Source: a virus
Length of the DNA stretch: 50,563 bases
IMG/VR virus record: IMGVR_UViG_3300031578_000056
Direction: 5' to 3' (one strand)
Below are positions 16,296-24,277 of this stretch, piece after piece. Made by a program: the position numbers and the translations under genes. The notes under the pieces are model-generated. The model searched no databases. It saw only the letters and a program-made list of their open reading frames with translations, and was not told the origin of the DNA. The number at the start of each line of letters is the position of its first letter. The stretch's first letter is position 1.

Positions 16296-19256
16296 TTAAT
16301 CCCCACTAGTATAATATACAAGAGACACAGCACCATTTGGAGTTCTATACGCATAGCCATCTTCATACCCTTGTGCTACTGCATCGTCATTATCGCTATA
16401 AATTGGCATGTTAATATCAGCTTTTGTAAACAATAATTTATCTCCTGCCCTTAATGCAAAAGATACATTGGTCAATACAGGGTCAATTATTGTAATCGGT
16501 AATAATGGTGCTGGGAATATTAGTGTATTAGTAAAATCTAGCACTAACGGTGTTGCATTGTAAAATGTACAGTTATCGAACAAAGTGGTACCTAGATGAC
16601 TTAGCTTCATATATTTATTAGCTGAACTTATGGCACTAGTGGCATTCTCGTTTATAAATGAACATCCAGTAAATTTAAAATCGACATTATGACTATATGT
16701 ACGCAATATATTGAATCCTGTATTAGTCCCTAGATATTTACCGGCCTTAGCAATAAATGTCGAATTCTTGATATTTGCCACTGGTCGATCATCAGATAAT
16801 ACATTACCGAATTGCTCCATCATAAATCTACACCATCCATCTACATACACATTGTCCCACTCAAAGGAAATTGGCATACCATATCGAGGAGAAATAGATC
16901 CTTCGATTATGGAATCTTTCATGTCCATAATTGGTACCACCGTATCCTGAAGATAATCACTATGGACTGTTTCGTAAGCATAACCGCCAAGGATTCTATT
17001 ACCTTCCCACTTACCACCAAATCCAGTAACAGAGGCGATTGCTGCAAAGAAACTTCCTGCTGTTCTCATTGTTACTTTGCAGGATGCTGGATCAGTAACT
17101 AGATTAGAAAGTTTTGTGATATCATTTAACAAGAAGTCATTATTAATCCAATCAGCCCCATTACAACGCTCCGAAACGAAGTACTCAAACATGTTAACAT
17201 CGTAAGTAAATTTATTGTCTTTTACTAATGATTTAACGCGATTTGCTGTACTGGCTTGATCACAAATTATTTTTGTATTGTGAAACTTATTATTTGTAAT
17301 GGTGTTTCCATTTGCTGTAAAAGAAATTTCAGCATTAAGTGTTTTGTTATTATCAAAAGAGTCGTTTCTATCTAGAATAACACGACCATGCTTAATAATA
17401 TTACCTGTTATAATCGTATTTCTAGCAGTCGCAGCACCGATACATGTATCTCCATAACTCCAACCCACCTTGGTATCACAATCGAAAGTACATCCCATTA
17501 TTTTAACATCTTCTGTACCAACTAGGAATATATCACCCCCAGCATTATCTCGGAATGTTAGATTTATAAAATTATAATCACGAGCTGAACGTCTTTGATC
17601 TTCAATATCTATGCCACATCCAGGAGTCCTACCTCCGTTTTCATAGATTTTAGAATTTGCCCAAGTTGTTCGGCATGGGAGATTAGAACCTCCTTGTCTA
17701 CCATTCTTCCAGGAATTTACATTGCTTAAATATAAACCAGATGGATTTAAATCAGCTCGCAATTGTAAATCCATTATAGTTAAATCGTCAGGCATGTCTA
17801 TTTCTACACGCGCTCCTGGATAATCTCCAAAATTGGTAATAGCCGAATAGAAATCTAACCATCCAGTCTTTTCCTGAAAAACACCTTCTGAATTATAATA
17901 AGCAATCCGATATCTAGGATATTTCATTCCAGCCCATCCACCGAAAGAACTTCCAGTTAAGGCAAAGAAATTAATACCACTTAATTCTTTAGCTCTAACG
18001 AATTGAGATTTACCAATATCAATAATGTTATCCGTATAGGCGTACGCAGTATCGGTAGTATCTATTACTCCAAGATCAGAAATTGCACCTTGTATCATTG
18101 TCGCAACTCCTGTTCCAATAGCTGAACCTTTTATGTAATTCGTAAATTGGGTATCCCCGTCCGCATAAATTCCATCACCTTGGAAATCATGAATGTTCAT
18201 ATTTCTAATTTCCCCATTATACGCTGCGGTGGTAATATGAATACCTGCATAAAACTCTTTTAAAGAACCCACATGAGAATCATAATCTCCAATTAATTCA
18301 CCACCTTCAAACTTGTATCTATCTGTATTGTATATCGTAAGTAAAGACCCTGAATCTAAGTCATTTGGGATCATCTGAATCTTAGACCCACCCATGAAAA
18401 CGTCAATGTCATTTACCCCATTACCAAAAACTAAACCTGTAGGTTCATCTCTAATTAAAGTTTGTCGGGCAGGAATATCAACATAATAATGCCCAGGAGT
18501 AAAAACATAACGCCCTGAGACTTGATTTCTAACAAATAAGAAGTTTTTAAGAGCATTATAATTGTCCGTAGTGATTAATCCGTTAGGATTAGCGCCTATA
18601 TTGGTAGTGTATAATGTGTGCGGTGGCAACCAAGACCCTGCTAAAGTGCCTGAAAATGCATTAATTAGAACCTCCATATTATCAGGAATCAATCTTGTAC
18701 TAACACCTGTCAAAGTAAATCCATTTAAATGAATTCTTCCACCAACGGCTTTAAGATCAATTCCTTCTAATAATGTGGCATCACCTGTTAAGGTAATGTC
18801 AGTTTGCAACTCCCACGTTTTACTTGCATTTAAAGCACTAGGGGCAGTGAAATCAGAAGAAGAAGTTGGAACGAATACGCTTGGATTTATACCACCAGCA
18901 GCCGCAATACTATCTGTGTAATCTTTAGATTGTTTTGCTGTTGGAGCTTTATCACTAACTATTCCAGATGAAAATTCTGCATCACTTGTTAATTCAGCCC
19001 CACCCGCAGATGAGGCTTTAAAAAAAAGCGCTAAATAGTCAATAGCGTCTTGAAGACTAGTACATGCTAAATCAGTATCTTTTATGATCTGATTCCAATG
19101 TCCTAGGAATTTATTATAACCTTTAGTGCTGTTTTGAAATCCTAACGTGTCACCTGCGCAATAAAGATCAGTAGCTTGAGGATTTAATGGTACGGTATCT
19201 TTCCCAGACTCTTCGACTAGGATAAGATTGCCTGATTTGTAAACTTTTACTGACAT
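16296..19256 (-). CDS. Large beta-helix protein, probable tailspike/fibre with polysaccharide depolymerase domain
   Basis: 986 aa with repeated beta-helix-like motifs (IHDFQGDGIYADGD, NAGGDIFLVGTEDVKIMGCTF, ITGNIIKHGRVIL, NGNTITNNKFHNT). N-terminal anchor module is shared with 15262..16275. Confidence 0.55.
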   Translation of the reverse strand: MSVKVYKSGNLILVEESGKDTVPLNPQATDLYCAGDTLGFQNSTKGYNKFLGHWNQIIKDTDLACTSLQDAIDYLALFFKASSAGGAELTSDAEFSSGIVSDKAPTAKQSKDYTDSIAAAGGINPSVFVPTSSSDFTAPSALNASKTWELQTDITLTGDATLLEGIDLKAVGGRIHLNGFTLTGVSTRLIPDNMEVLINAFSGTLAGSWLPPHTLYTTNIGANPNGLITTDNYNALKNFLFVRNQVSGRYVFTPGHYYVDIPARQTLIRDEPTGLVFGNGVNDIDVFMGGSKIQMIPNDLDSGSLLTIYNTDRYKFEGGELIGDYDSHVGSLKEFYAGIHITTAAYNGEIRNMNIHDFQGDGIYADGDTQFTNYIKGSAIGTGVATMIQGAISDLGVIDTTDTAYAYTDNIIDIGKSQFVRAKELSGINFFALTGSSFGGWAGMKYPRYRIAYYNSEGVFQEKTGWLDFYSAITNFGDYPGARVEIDMPDDLTIMDLQLRADLNPSGLYLSNVNSWKNGRQGGSNLPCRTTWANSKIYENGGRTPGCGIDIEDQRRSARDYNFINLTFRDNAGGDIFLVGTEDVKIMGCTFDCDTKVGWSYGDTCIGAATARNTIITGNIIKHGRVILDRNDSFDNNKTLNAEISFTANGNTITNNKFHNTKIICDQASTANRVKSLVKDNKFTYDVNMFEYFVSERCNGADWINNDFLLNDITKLSNLVTDPASCKVTMRTAGSFFAAIASVTGFGGKWEGNRILGGYAYETVHSDYLQDTVVPIMDMKDSIIEGSISPRYGMPISFEWDNVYVDGWCRFMMEQFGNVLSDDRPVANIKNSTFIAKAGKYLGTNTGFNILRTYSHNVDFKFTGCSFINENATSAISSANKYMKLSHLGTTLFDNCTFYNATPLVLDFTNTLIFPAPLLPITIIDPVLTNVSFALRAGDKLLFTKADINMPIYSDNDDAVAQGYEDGYAYRTPNGAVSLVYYTSGD

Positions 19257-19299
19257 AATTTAAATATTTAAATTAAAAAACTCATTTTAACAAAGATAC

Positions 19300-19336
19300 A
19301 AAAAAAAATCCACACCAAATTAATGGGGTGGATTTT
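19300..19336 (-). terminator. Rho-independent terminator of the RNA operon
   Basis: Minus strand AAUCCAC...GUGGAUU hairpin followed by U8-9, then the -7 box TATCTTTG (19291-19298) for the 986-aa gene. Confidence 0.75.
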
Positions 19337-19396
19337 TTAATAATCGGCTCCGTATTGTGGCGGAATTATACCGATTGATTTTGATTTTTCGGTTTG

Positions 19397-19466
19397 TGAT
19401 CTAACGGGATTCGAACCCTAAATACACTGCGCTAGCCTTGTGTGTAGCCTTAACACTTTTAGATCA
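19397..19466 (-). ncRNA. tRNA-shaped element C: acceptor stem and GGGTTCGAATCCC T-loop, no canonical anticodon arm
   Basis: TGATCTA...TAGATCA 7-bp acceptor pairing and a canonical T-loop. The T-stem has only 3 clean bp and the central region folds as TACAC-(14 nt)-GTGTA. Confidence 0.35.
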
Positions 19467-19607
19467 TTTGCAACTACTGTCGAGTTGCCAGACTGAAAAG
19501 ATTGCGTCTTACGCTACCATTTTCAATTGTGTGTTATTGAATTTTATTATTAACTAAAGATCTCATAACATCAACTAACCTATCTTGTCAAAATCCACGT
19601 CACCCCC
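19467..19607 (-). ncRNA. tmRNA-like coding-piece candidate (5' acceptor strand plus D-loop-like segment plus downstream RNA)
   Basis: Starts GGGGGTGACGTGGATTTTGACAAG, which resembles the canonical tmRNA 5' end (E. coli GGGGCTGATTCTGGATTCGAC). The 3' boundary is uncertain. Confidence 0.5.
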
Positions 19608-19675
19608 GTATTGTGCCGACTTTATTTTATCGTGTTCTTCCTTCGGCAAAAACCACGTACCTTTTAATTGTGTTG

Positions 19676-19741
19676 TGGAGGTGGAGGGGATCGAACCCTC
19701 GTCCAAAAATAGTGTTTATGAAATTCAACGAACTTTAATTG
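19676..19741 (-). ncRNA. tmRNA-like acceptor-piece candidate (P2-like strand, GGAC, T-arm, 3' acceptor strand, discriminator A)
   Basis: ...TTTTTGGAC-GAGGG-TTCGATC-CCCTC-CACCTCC-A. CACCTCC pairs with GGGGGTG at 19607-19601, including G3:U70. It lies UPSTREAM of the 5' half. Confidence 0.5.
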
Positions 19742-19813
19742 TGGAGATAGTAGGATTCGAACCTACGCGCTACGGGAGCTACCCTCGCTCTGACCATTCT
19801 GAGCTATATCCCC
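19742..19813 (-). tRNA. tRNA-like gene A with alanine-type acceptor stem (G3:U70); anticodon arm non-canonical, isotype unassigned
   Basis: GGGGATA-TA-GCTC-AGAATGGTCA-GAGC-G-[AGGGTAGCTCCCGTAGCGC]-GTAGG-TTCGAAT-CCTAC-TATCTCC-A. Acceptor, D and T arms are good, but the 19-nt middle cannot form a 5-bp stem with a 7-nt loop. Confidence 0.5.
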
Positions 19814-19870
19814 AAATCCAACCGCAACAACCACATTGCGATTGGTAATATTCTTTTAAACCTTACTCAA

Positions 19871-19878
19871 CAAATATA
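19871..19878 (-). promoter_or_regulatory. -7 box TATATTTG of the RNA operon promoter
   Basis: Minus strand TTG-N22-TATATTTG, about 50 nt upstream of tRNA-like A. Confidence 0.5.
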
Positions 19879-19904
19879 CTAATAATAATTTAATTAATTG
19901 CAAC

Positions 19905-20036
19905 CTAATCCACTAAAATATAAAATCTTCTACCTTTACATTTCGGGCATGCGTGTATTTTATGATTGCCACAATTAAATGGTATTAATTCAGATTGTTC
20001 TAAAATGTGCTTACAGCTTATACATTCGTACTTCAT
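19905..20036 (-). CDS. Zinc-ribbon mini-protein (43 aa)
   Basis: MKYECISCKHILEQSELIPFNCGNHKIHACPKCKGRRFYILVD has CxxC...CxxC (my translation). Confidence 0.45.
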   Translation of the reverse strand: MKYECISCKHILEQSELIPFNCGNHKIHACPKCKGRRFYILVD

Positions 20037-20039
20037 CTT

Positions 20040-20207
20040 TTAAATATTTAAATCATCATTAAACTCTTTTGCGGATCTCTTTAACTCCTCGTGTCCGCAA
20101 CATTCACATTTCATCTTTTCTATTCTTCTTTTGTAAACCCCACCTTTCTTTATTAGGAAAGGCTCCATTGGGTATCTACATTCAGGACATAGTGTTTCTT
20201 TTTTCAT
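20040..20207 (-). CDS. Zinc-ribbon mini-protein (55 aa; shorter start preferred over ORF-track 20279)
   Basis: MKKETLCPECRYPM...KCECCGHEE. The ATG at 20207 forms an ATGA overlap with the stop of 20204..20533. Confidence 0.5.
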   Translation of the reverse strand: MKKETLCPECRYPMEPFLIKKGGVYKRRIEKMKCECCGHEELKRSAKEFNDDLNI

Positions 20208-20533
20208 CTCAACCCCCCCGTACTTAATCCACATAGGGCAATCAAAGCCAATACTACACATCCACCGATAATAACCCAATTCATATTTGATTCCATCCAG
20301 ATAAATCCTCTTTTAATAAGTAAGAATGGATATTCAAATTCGAGATTCTTCTTTGCTAATGATCTGCCTTGTTCCGAATTAGCTGTGCAATTCTTCATTT
20401 CTTCGTTCGAAAGTTGCTCCATCCCTTCAGAAATTAAACAACTCAATCTGTGATGATACTTCAGAGCTTCGTTAAATGTATCAAATTGCCCTAATTGATA
20501 AGCTACATACGCTTCTTCTATTGTACTTTTCAT
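20204..20533 (-). CDS. Hypothetical protein with C-terminal TM segment
   Basis: 109 aa, with the C-terminus NWVIIGGCVVLALIALCGLSTGG. Confidence 0.5.
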   Translation of the reverse strand: MKSTIEEAYVAYQLGQFDTFNEALKYHHRLSCLISEGMEQLSNEEMKNCTANSEQGRSLAKKNLEFEYPFLLIKRGFIWMESNMNWVIIGGCVVLALIALCGLSTGGLR

Positions 20534-20703
20534 GATAACTGATTTTTATACCTGTTCAACTTGTCTAACTTTTTACTGTAATGATCTTTAGTTTTTGTGT
20601 TTAAACTAAATAATCTAAGAGTCCTGTTTATTTCATCGATCTGCTGATCAACCAACATTAATGCTAACTCCCTAGATCCTGCTTTTTCGATTAATTTTTT
20701 CAT
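20530..20703 (-). CDS. Hypothetical protein (57 aa)
   Basis: MKKLIEKAGSRELALMLVDQQIDEINRTLRLFSL..., with an ATGA overlap to the next gene. Confidence 0.4.
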   Translation of the reverse strand: MKKLIEKAGSRELALMLVDQQIDEINRTLRLFSLNTKTKDHYSKKLDKLNRYKNQLS

Positions 20704-20713
20704 GATGTTTTTT

Positions 20714-20890
20714 TTAGAAAATTGTTGCGAATATTGAGAATGCTAATACTGCATAAAATGCAAGAGAGATGAAATTTACATACTGTCTTAAGCTCATTAA
20801 TATTTTCAGCTCATTTAATTCTTCTTTTGTGCTAGCATTGAACATTAAATTTTGAATTCTAATATCGAGGTAATCTGTGTATTTTTTCAT
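20714..20890 (-). CDS. Small membrane protein (58 aa)
   Basis: MKKYTDYLDIRIQNLMFNASTKEELNELKILMSLRQYVNFISLAFYAVLAFSIFATIF has a C-terminal TM segment. Confidence 0.4.
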   Translation of the reverse strand: MKKYTDYLDIRIQNLMFNASTKEELNELKILMSLRQYVNFISLAFYAVLAFSIFATIF

Positions 20891-20901
20891 GATCTTTAGT
20901 T

Positions 20902-21081
20902 TTAACTGCTAAATGTTGTGTAACGACCCTTGTCAAATTTGATAAAAAAACCTAGCTCATTCAATAAATCCTCTTCGGTGTATACAGACCTTAATATTTG
21001 CCCCTCTTCGGAGTTTGGCTCGTATCCTTTAGCTTTAATAGCTATCGTGGCTAATTCGTATCTGTTAATAATTGTTGGCAT
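20902..21081 (-). CDS. Hypothetical protein (59 aa)
   Basis: MPTIINRYELATIAIKAKGYEPNSEEGQILRSVYTEEDLLNELGFFIKFDKGRYTTFSS. The plus-strand ORF 20930..21124 is its antisense shadow. Confidence 0.4.
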   Translation of the reverse strand: MPTIINRYELATIAIKAKGYEPNSEEGQILRSVYTEEDLLNELGFFIKFDKGRYTTFSS

Positions 21082-21158
21082 GATCTTTAATTTTAAGTGT
21101 TATTATCGTTTCTTTCTACTGTAAAGATAAAACAAAAGCATTAACTATGCAAACATTT

Positions 21159-21311
21159 TAATTAATATTTTTCATTTTAGTGTAATTAAATACGATTTTT
21201 AAAAATTTAATCACATTTGGAATGTCACAAACCTCTATGTTTTCCAGTGCTTTATATCCGATAGTCTCACGGATAATTATATGCTCATCAATTATTTTTA
21301 AGTCATCCATT
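21159..21311 (-). CDS. Hypothetical protein (50 aa)
   Basis: MDDLKIIDEHIIIRETIGYKALENIEVCDIPNVIKFLKIVFNYTKMKNIN, directly after terL. Confidence 0.35.
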
Positions 21312-21330
21312 GTTTTTATTTTTTTAAATA

Positions 21331-22974
21331 TCACCCAAAAGCACCAGGCGAAGGCCGGTAGGATTTCTTTTGAATTGCTGCGATAAGTCTTTCTTTAGGC
21401 GCAAAAGTTTGAGTTAATGCGTCAGACTCATCTGGAGAACCACCCAGTCTAGACGACAACTCATCCTTTGGCTCTATTATTAATTCACCTGTCTTTCTGT
21501 CGTACATGTATTTAATCTCTGCCAATTGCGCTTTTAGTTCATCTGAGGGCGGTAGCATTAATTTAGCATCGAATTGAGGATTTAAAGCGTCTCTCAAAGC
21601 CCAATGAACGTAAGCTCTCATGTTCTTAAACTTCATTGTTCCGGTAATGTCAGTTAGCCCCTTAGCTCCGTAAGAGTTCTTAAATGAATAAACGTTGTCT
21701 ATTCCAGCCTCTTTACATCCAGAGAAAACACCGCTTCCCTCTCCAATCGTATCAATATTAATAGCTTCGAATAGTTTTGCATCTTTATTGATATGTGCAG
21801 ACGTTTCCATGTGAGCAGTTTCCGGCTTTAATGGTATGATTACTCTTGGATGCGCTACGTAGTCGCCGTATCGGTCTATGAATACGGTTGAATCTCTTCC
21901 TTGACCTGATACATCAACGCCTCTTATCCCTTTTGAGTGTTCTATTCCTTTTTCAGTAGCTTCCAACCACCTATCCTGAGCCGCTTCAATCCAACTGAGC
22001 GGTATTAAATTCTCATCTGAGCTTTCGGGATGTACTGCAAGTATCTTGATTTTACAAACTCTTGATGGCCTATACCATTTACCTTCAAATTCGAAATCAT
22101 GTTTTGATAAATCCTTTTCTGACTCGTTTATTTTAATAGTCCAACCTTTTTTATTCACTCGATCCTTCACCCACGAATAATCTAATTGCCCTGGATATCT
22201 TAATTTTTGATATTCATCAGGAGTGATAATTCCATCATACATTTGTTTACCCAATTTAAAATTATCAGATTCGAACGCCGGTATCCGTTTTGATTTATAC
22301 TGCGGATCCTTCATCGATTCGTAAGCCTCGCCTTGAGAAAAATTTGGATTGTGCAGTAGAACTAATCTTGAATTATTTTGCAAACATCCTTCAATTCCTT
22401 CATAAATCAATGGAGGTAAGCCCGAAGCCTCGGTAGCAACTACCATAATGTTTTCATTGTGGTATCCGGTCCACCTTTCAGTATTGTATTCATCACCCTT
22501 GAATGCTTCGAGTGACCATTTTGCATAATTCCCGAACTTTGGATTTTCTTCCATTCCAGAAGGTATATTGAAATGAACGCCTTTCTGAGTTAATTTAAAA
22601 TCCCATAGTCCGGCCTTTACTAATTTAGGTAAAGCAGATCCGTAAAATTTAGATTTCAATTCTCCTAACATGATAGTATTAACCTGAGCCGCGGACGGAC
22701 CTGTATTAATAACTAAGGCCGTCTGAAGTATTCCGTTCGCATCGAAGTCAGGAGTGAGTAAAAGAAAGCACCATGAAGCAAGCGAACCAAGCCAATCCTT
22801 GCCCATACTTGTGGCTGAACAGAAAGAAGTTCTCTTGTTGTGCTGTATCATATGCAATCCTTCCTGTTGCCATTCGGAAGGGCGTACTTGCATTACATCA
22901 TAGGCAAATCTTACCCAATCGTCCTTCCACGATTGCATTAATTTGCGGTCGCTATCTGTTATTTTTAATCCCAT
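21331..22974 (-). CDS. terL: Terminase large subunit
   Basis: 547 aa with an N-terminal ATPase (SATSMGKD P-loop-like, IMVVATEASG Walker B-like) and a C-terminal nuclease motif (GVDVSGQGRDSTVFI). Confidence 0.85.
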   Translation of the reverse strand: MGLKITDSDRKLMQSWKDDWVRFAYDVMQVRPSEWQQEGLHMIQHNKRTSFCSATSMGKDWLGSLASWCFLLLTPDFDANGILQTALVINTGPSAAQVNTIMLGELKSKFYGSALPKLVKAGLWDFKLTQKGVHFNIPSGMEENPKFGNYAKWSLEAFKGDEYNTERWTGYHNENIMVVATEASGLPPLIYEGIEGCLQNNSRLVLLHNPNFSQGEAYESMKDPQYKSKRIPAFESDNFKLGKQMYDGIITPDEYQKLRYPGQLDYSWVKDRVNKKGWTIKINESEKDLSKHDFEFEGKWYRPSRVCKIKILAVHPESSDENLIPLSWIEAAQDRWLEATEKGIEHSKGIRGVDVSGQGRDSTVFIDRYGDYVAHPRVIIPLKPETAHMETSAHINKDAKLFEAINIDTIGEGSGVFSGCKEAGIDNVYSFKNSYGAKGLTDITGTMKFKNMRAYVHWALRDALNPQFDAKLMLPPSDELKAQLAEIKYMYDRKTGELIIEPKDELSSRLGGSPDESDALTQTFAPKERLIAAIQKKSYRPSPGAFG

Positions 22975-23545
22975 CGTAATCTTTTTTATGCATAAAAATG
23001 AATCCCTTAGTTTTATTTTTAACTCCAGAACATACTTTAGATATATTGTATGCCTTTATATTTAACGCCTCTGAAGCGTCAGCCATAGATCTGTATTCTT
23101 TTACAAACTTAAAGTTTAAATCTAATTGAATAATTGGCTTACAAAACGGATTATCATTTCTATCTATCTTATATCTATAGTTAGAATCTTTAGAGTTTAT
23201 GCCTATTTTATTCTTTATAGCCAATGGGAAGTTTTGATTCTCCATCATAGTACACCATCTTAAATTAGATACGTGGTTGTTTGTTGGATTCCCATCAATA
23301 TGATCTATACATGGCTTATTGTCTGGATTGGGTATAAATGCTAAAGCAACTAATCTGTGCGCTAAAAAAGTCCTGCGCTTTCCATGTTTGCTTAGATTGA
23401 TGTGTGAATATACGTTAGAGTCGCTAAAACTCATTATTATATTCTTCCTCAAACTCCGAACCCTACCAAGATTACTAACCTGATACAATCCCTCATAGCC
23501 CGTAATGTTTTTCCAAATTTCTGTCATAGTTTCGTTTTTTATCAC
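22952..23545 (-). CDS. HNH homing endonuclease (NUMOD4 plus HNH_3)
   Basis: WKNITGYEGLYQVSNLGRVRS (NUMOD4) and CIDHIDGNPTNNHVSNLRW (HNH). Overlaps the terL start by 23 nt. Confidence 0.85.
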   Translation of the reverse strand: MIKNETMTEIWKNITGYEGLYQVSNLGRVRSLRKNIIMSFSDSNVYSHINLSKHGKRRTFLAHRLVALAFIPNPDNKPCIDHIDGNPTNNHVSNLRWCTMMENQNFPLAIKNKIGINSKDSNYRYKIDRNDNPFCKPIIQLDLNFKFVKEYRSMADASEALNIKAYNISKVCSGVKNKTKGFIFMHKKDYDGIKNNR

Positions 23546-23630
23546 ACGTTATAGTAGTATTGGAGCAGGAACGTGTAACCTCATTGAATAAGACCGCTAA
23601 ATCTTAACTCCAATGTAAAGATAGCGAAAA

Positions 23631-23975
23631 TTAAATAGGTTCAGGCATTAATGGTAATCTAATAGCCTTTATTGTTTCTTTACCTTCTATTATAGATTTC
23701 AGTAGCCGGTGCCAACCATCACATATATAGCCAGTATCATCTAGTATGATAGGATATTGCAAATCTGCCTCGTTCATTCTTTTTATATGATATGCCATCG
23801 ATTTAATCGTAAGCTCACCCCAAGGGCTTAATCCTATATCAATACCAGCTATTGGAAGATCGAAAGGCTTATAGTTTTTTGATAATTCGACTAAATCAGA
23901 TACACTATATACCTTTCCGCTTCTGGTATATGATCCGTCTTTAAATTCGAATTCGTTTATTCCTAGTTTATCCAT
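23631..23975 (-). CDS. ParB-like nuclease domain protein
   Basis: YPIILDDTGYICDGWHRLLKSIIEGKETIKAIRL resembles the ParB/Srx DGhHR motif. Confidence 0.55.
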   Translation of the reverse strand: MDKLGINEFEFKDGSYTRSGKVYSVSDLVELSKNYKPFDLPIAGIDIGLSPWGELTIKSMAYHIKRMNEADLQYPIILDDTGYICDGWHRLLKSIIEGKETIKAIRLPLMPEPI

Positions 23976-23989
23976 CCTACAAATTTACT

Positions 23990-24009
23990 TAAAAAGCCTC
24001 AATCAAGAG
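23990..24009 (-). terminator. Hairpin terminator
   Basis: aagcctc/gaggctt stem. On the minus strand it is followed by UUUUU and then the TAAATTTG -7 box before the ATG at 23975. Confidence 0.6.
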
Positions 24010-24022
24010 GCTTTATATTAAA

Positions 24023-24277
24023 TTATCCGTTTAGCTCATAGTTGGCTTTCATATCTTCTCCGCCCTGAGAGTATCCCCTATCCCATTCGTCGTTTAGATT
24101 AATAGTTAATTGAACATCATTCTCTTGTTGTTTTTCTGAGTGCTCCTTTATGGCTTCAACTATTTGATCAGTGGTTAGGTTATCAATAACATCTGTTAAT
24201 GAGTAACCCTCATTACCTTCTTTGATATACTCTTCTATTGTTTTCATATTATTGAAGCTTTGCGTAAGTCCTACCAC
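24023..24277 (-). CDS. Hypothetical acidic protein
   Basis: 84-aa ORF overlapping its upstream neighbour. Confidence 0.5.
   Translation of the reverse strand: MVGLTQSFNNMKTIEEYIKEGNEGYSLTDVIDNLTTDQIVEAIKEHSEKQQENDVQLTINLNDEWDRGYSQGGEDMKANYELNG

Noticed and set aside
19676-19704. tmRNA 3'-end fragment interpreted as a phage attP core for integration into host ssrA
   Set aside because: I could not recognise any integrase or recombinase in the genome. The matching 5' acceptor half (GGGGGTG...) is also present 68 nt downstream inside a promoter-terminator unit, which an att core would not explain. I have not fully excluded this reading, and it is listed as a refutation route.
19585-19848. 87-aa plus-strand ORF in the ORF track
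   Set aside because: It lies antisense to the tRNA-like and tmRNA-like elements and translates their T-arm complements (EGIEPSS, GFEPT). This is a typical artefact of tRNA-like sequence. It has no promoter or start context.
23546-23630. Inverted repeats (ACACGTT/AACGTGT, ATTGGAG/CTCCAAT) upstream of the HNH gene, considered as a group I intron remnant or structured RNA
   Set aside because: The stems are short (7 bp) in an 85-bp spacer. No flanking split gene is evident, since terL and the ParB-like ORF are both intact. The evidence is insufficient.
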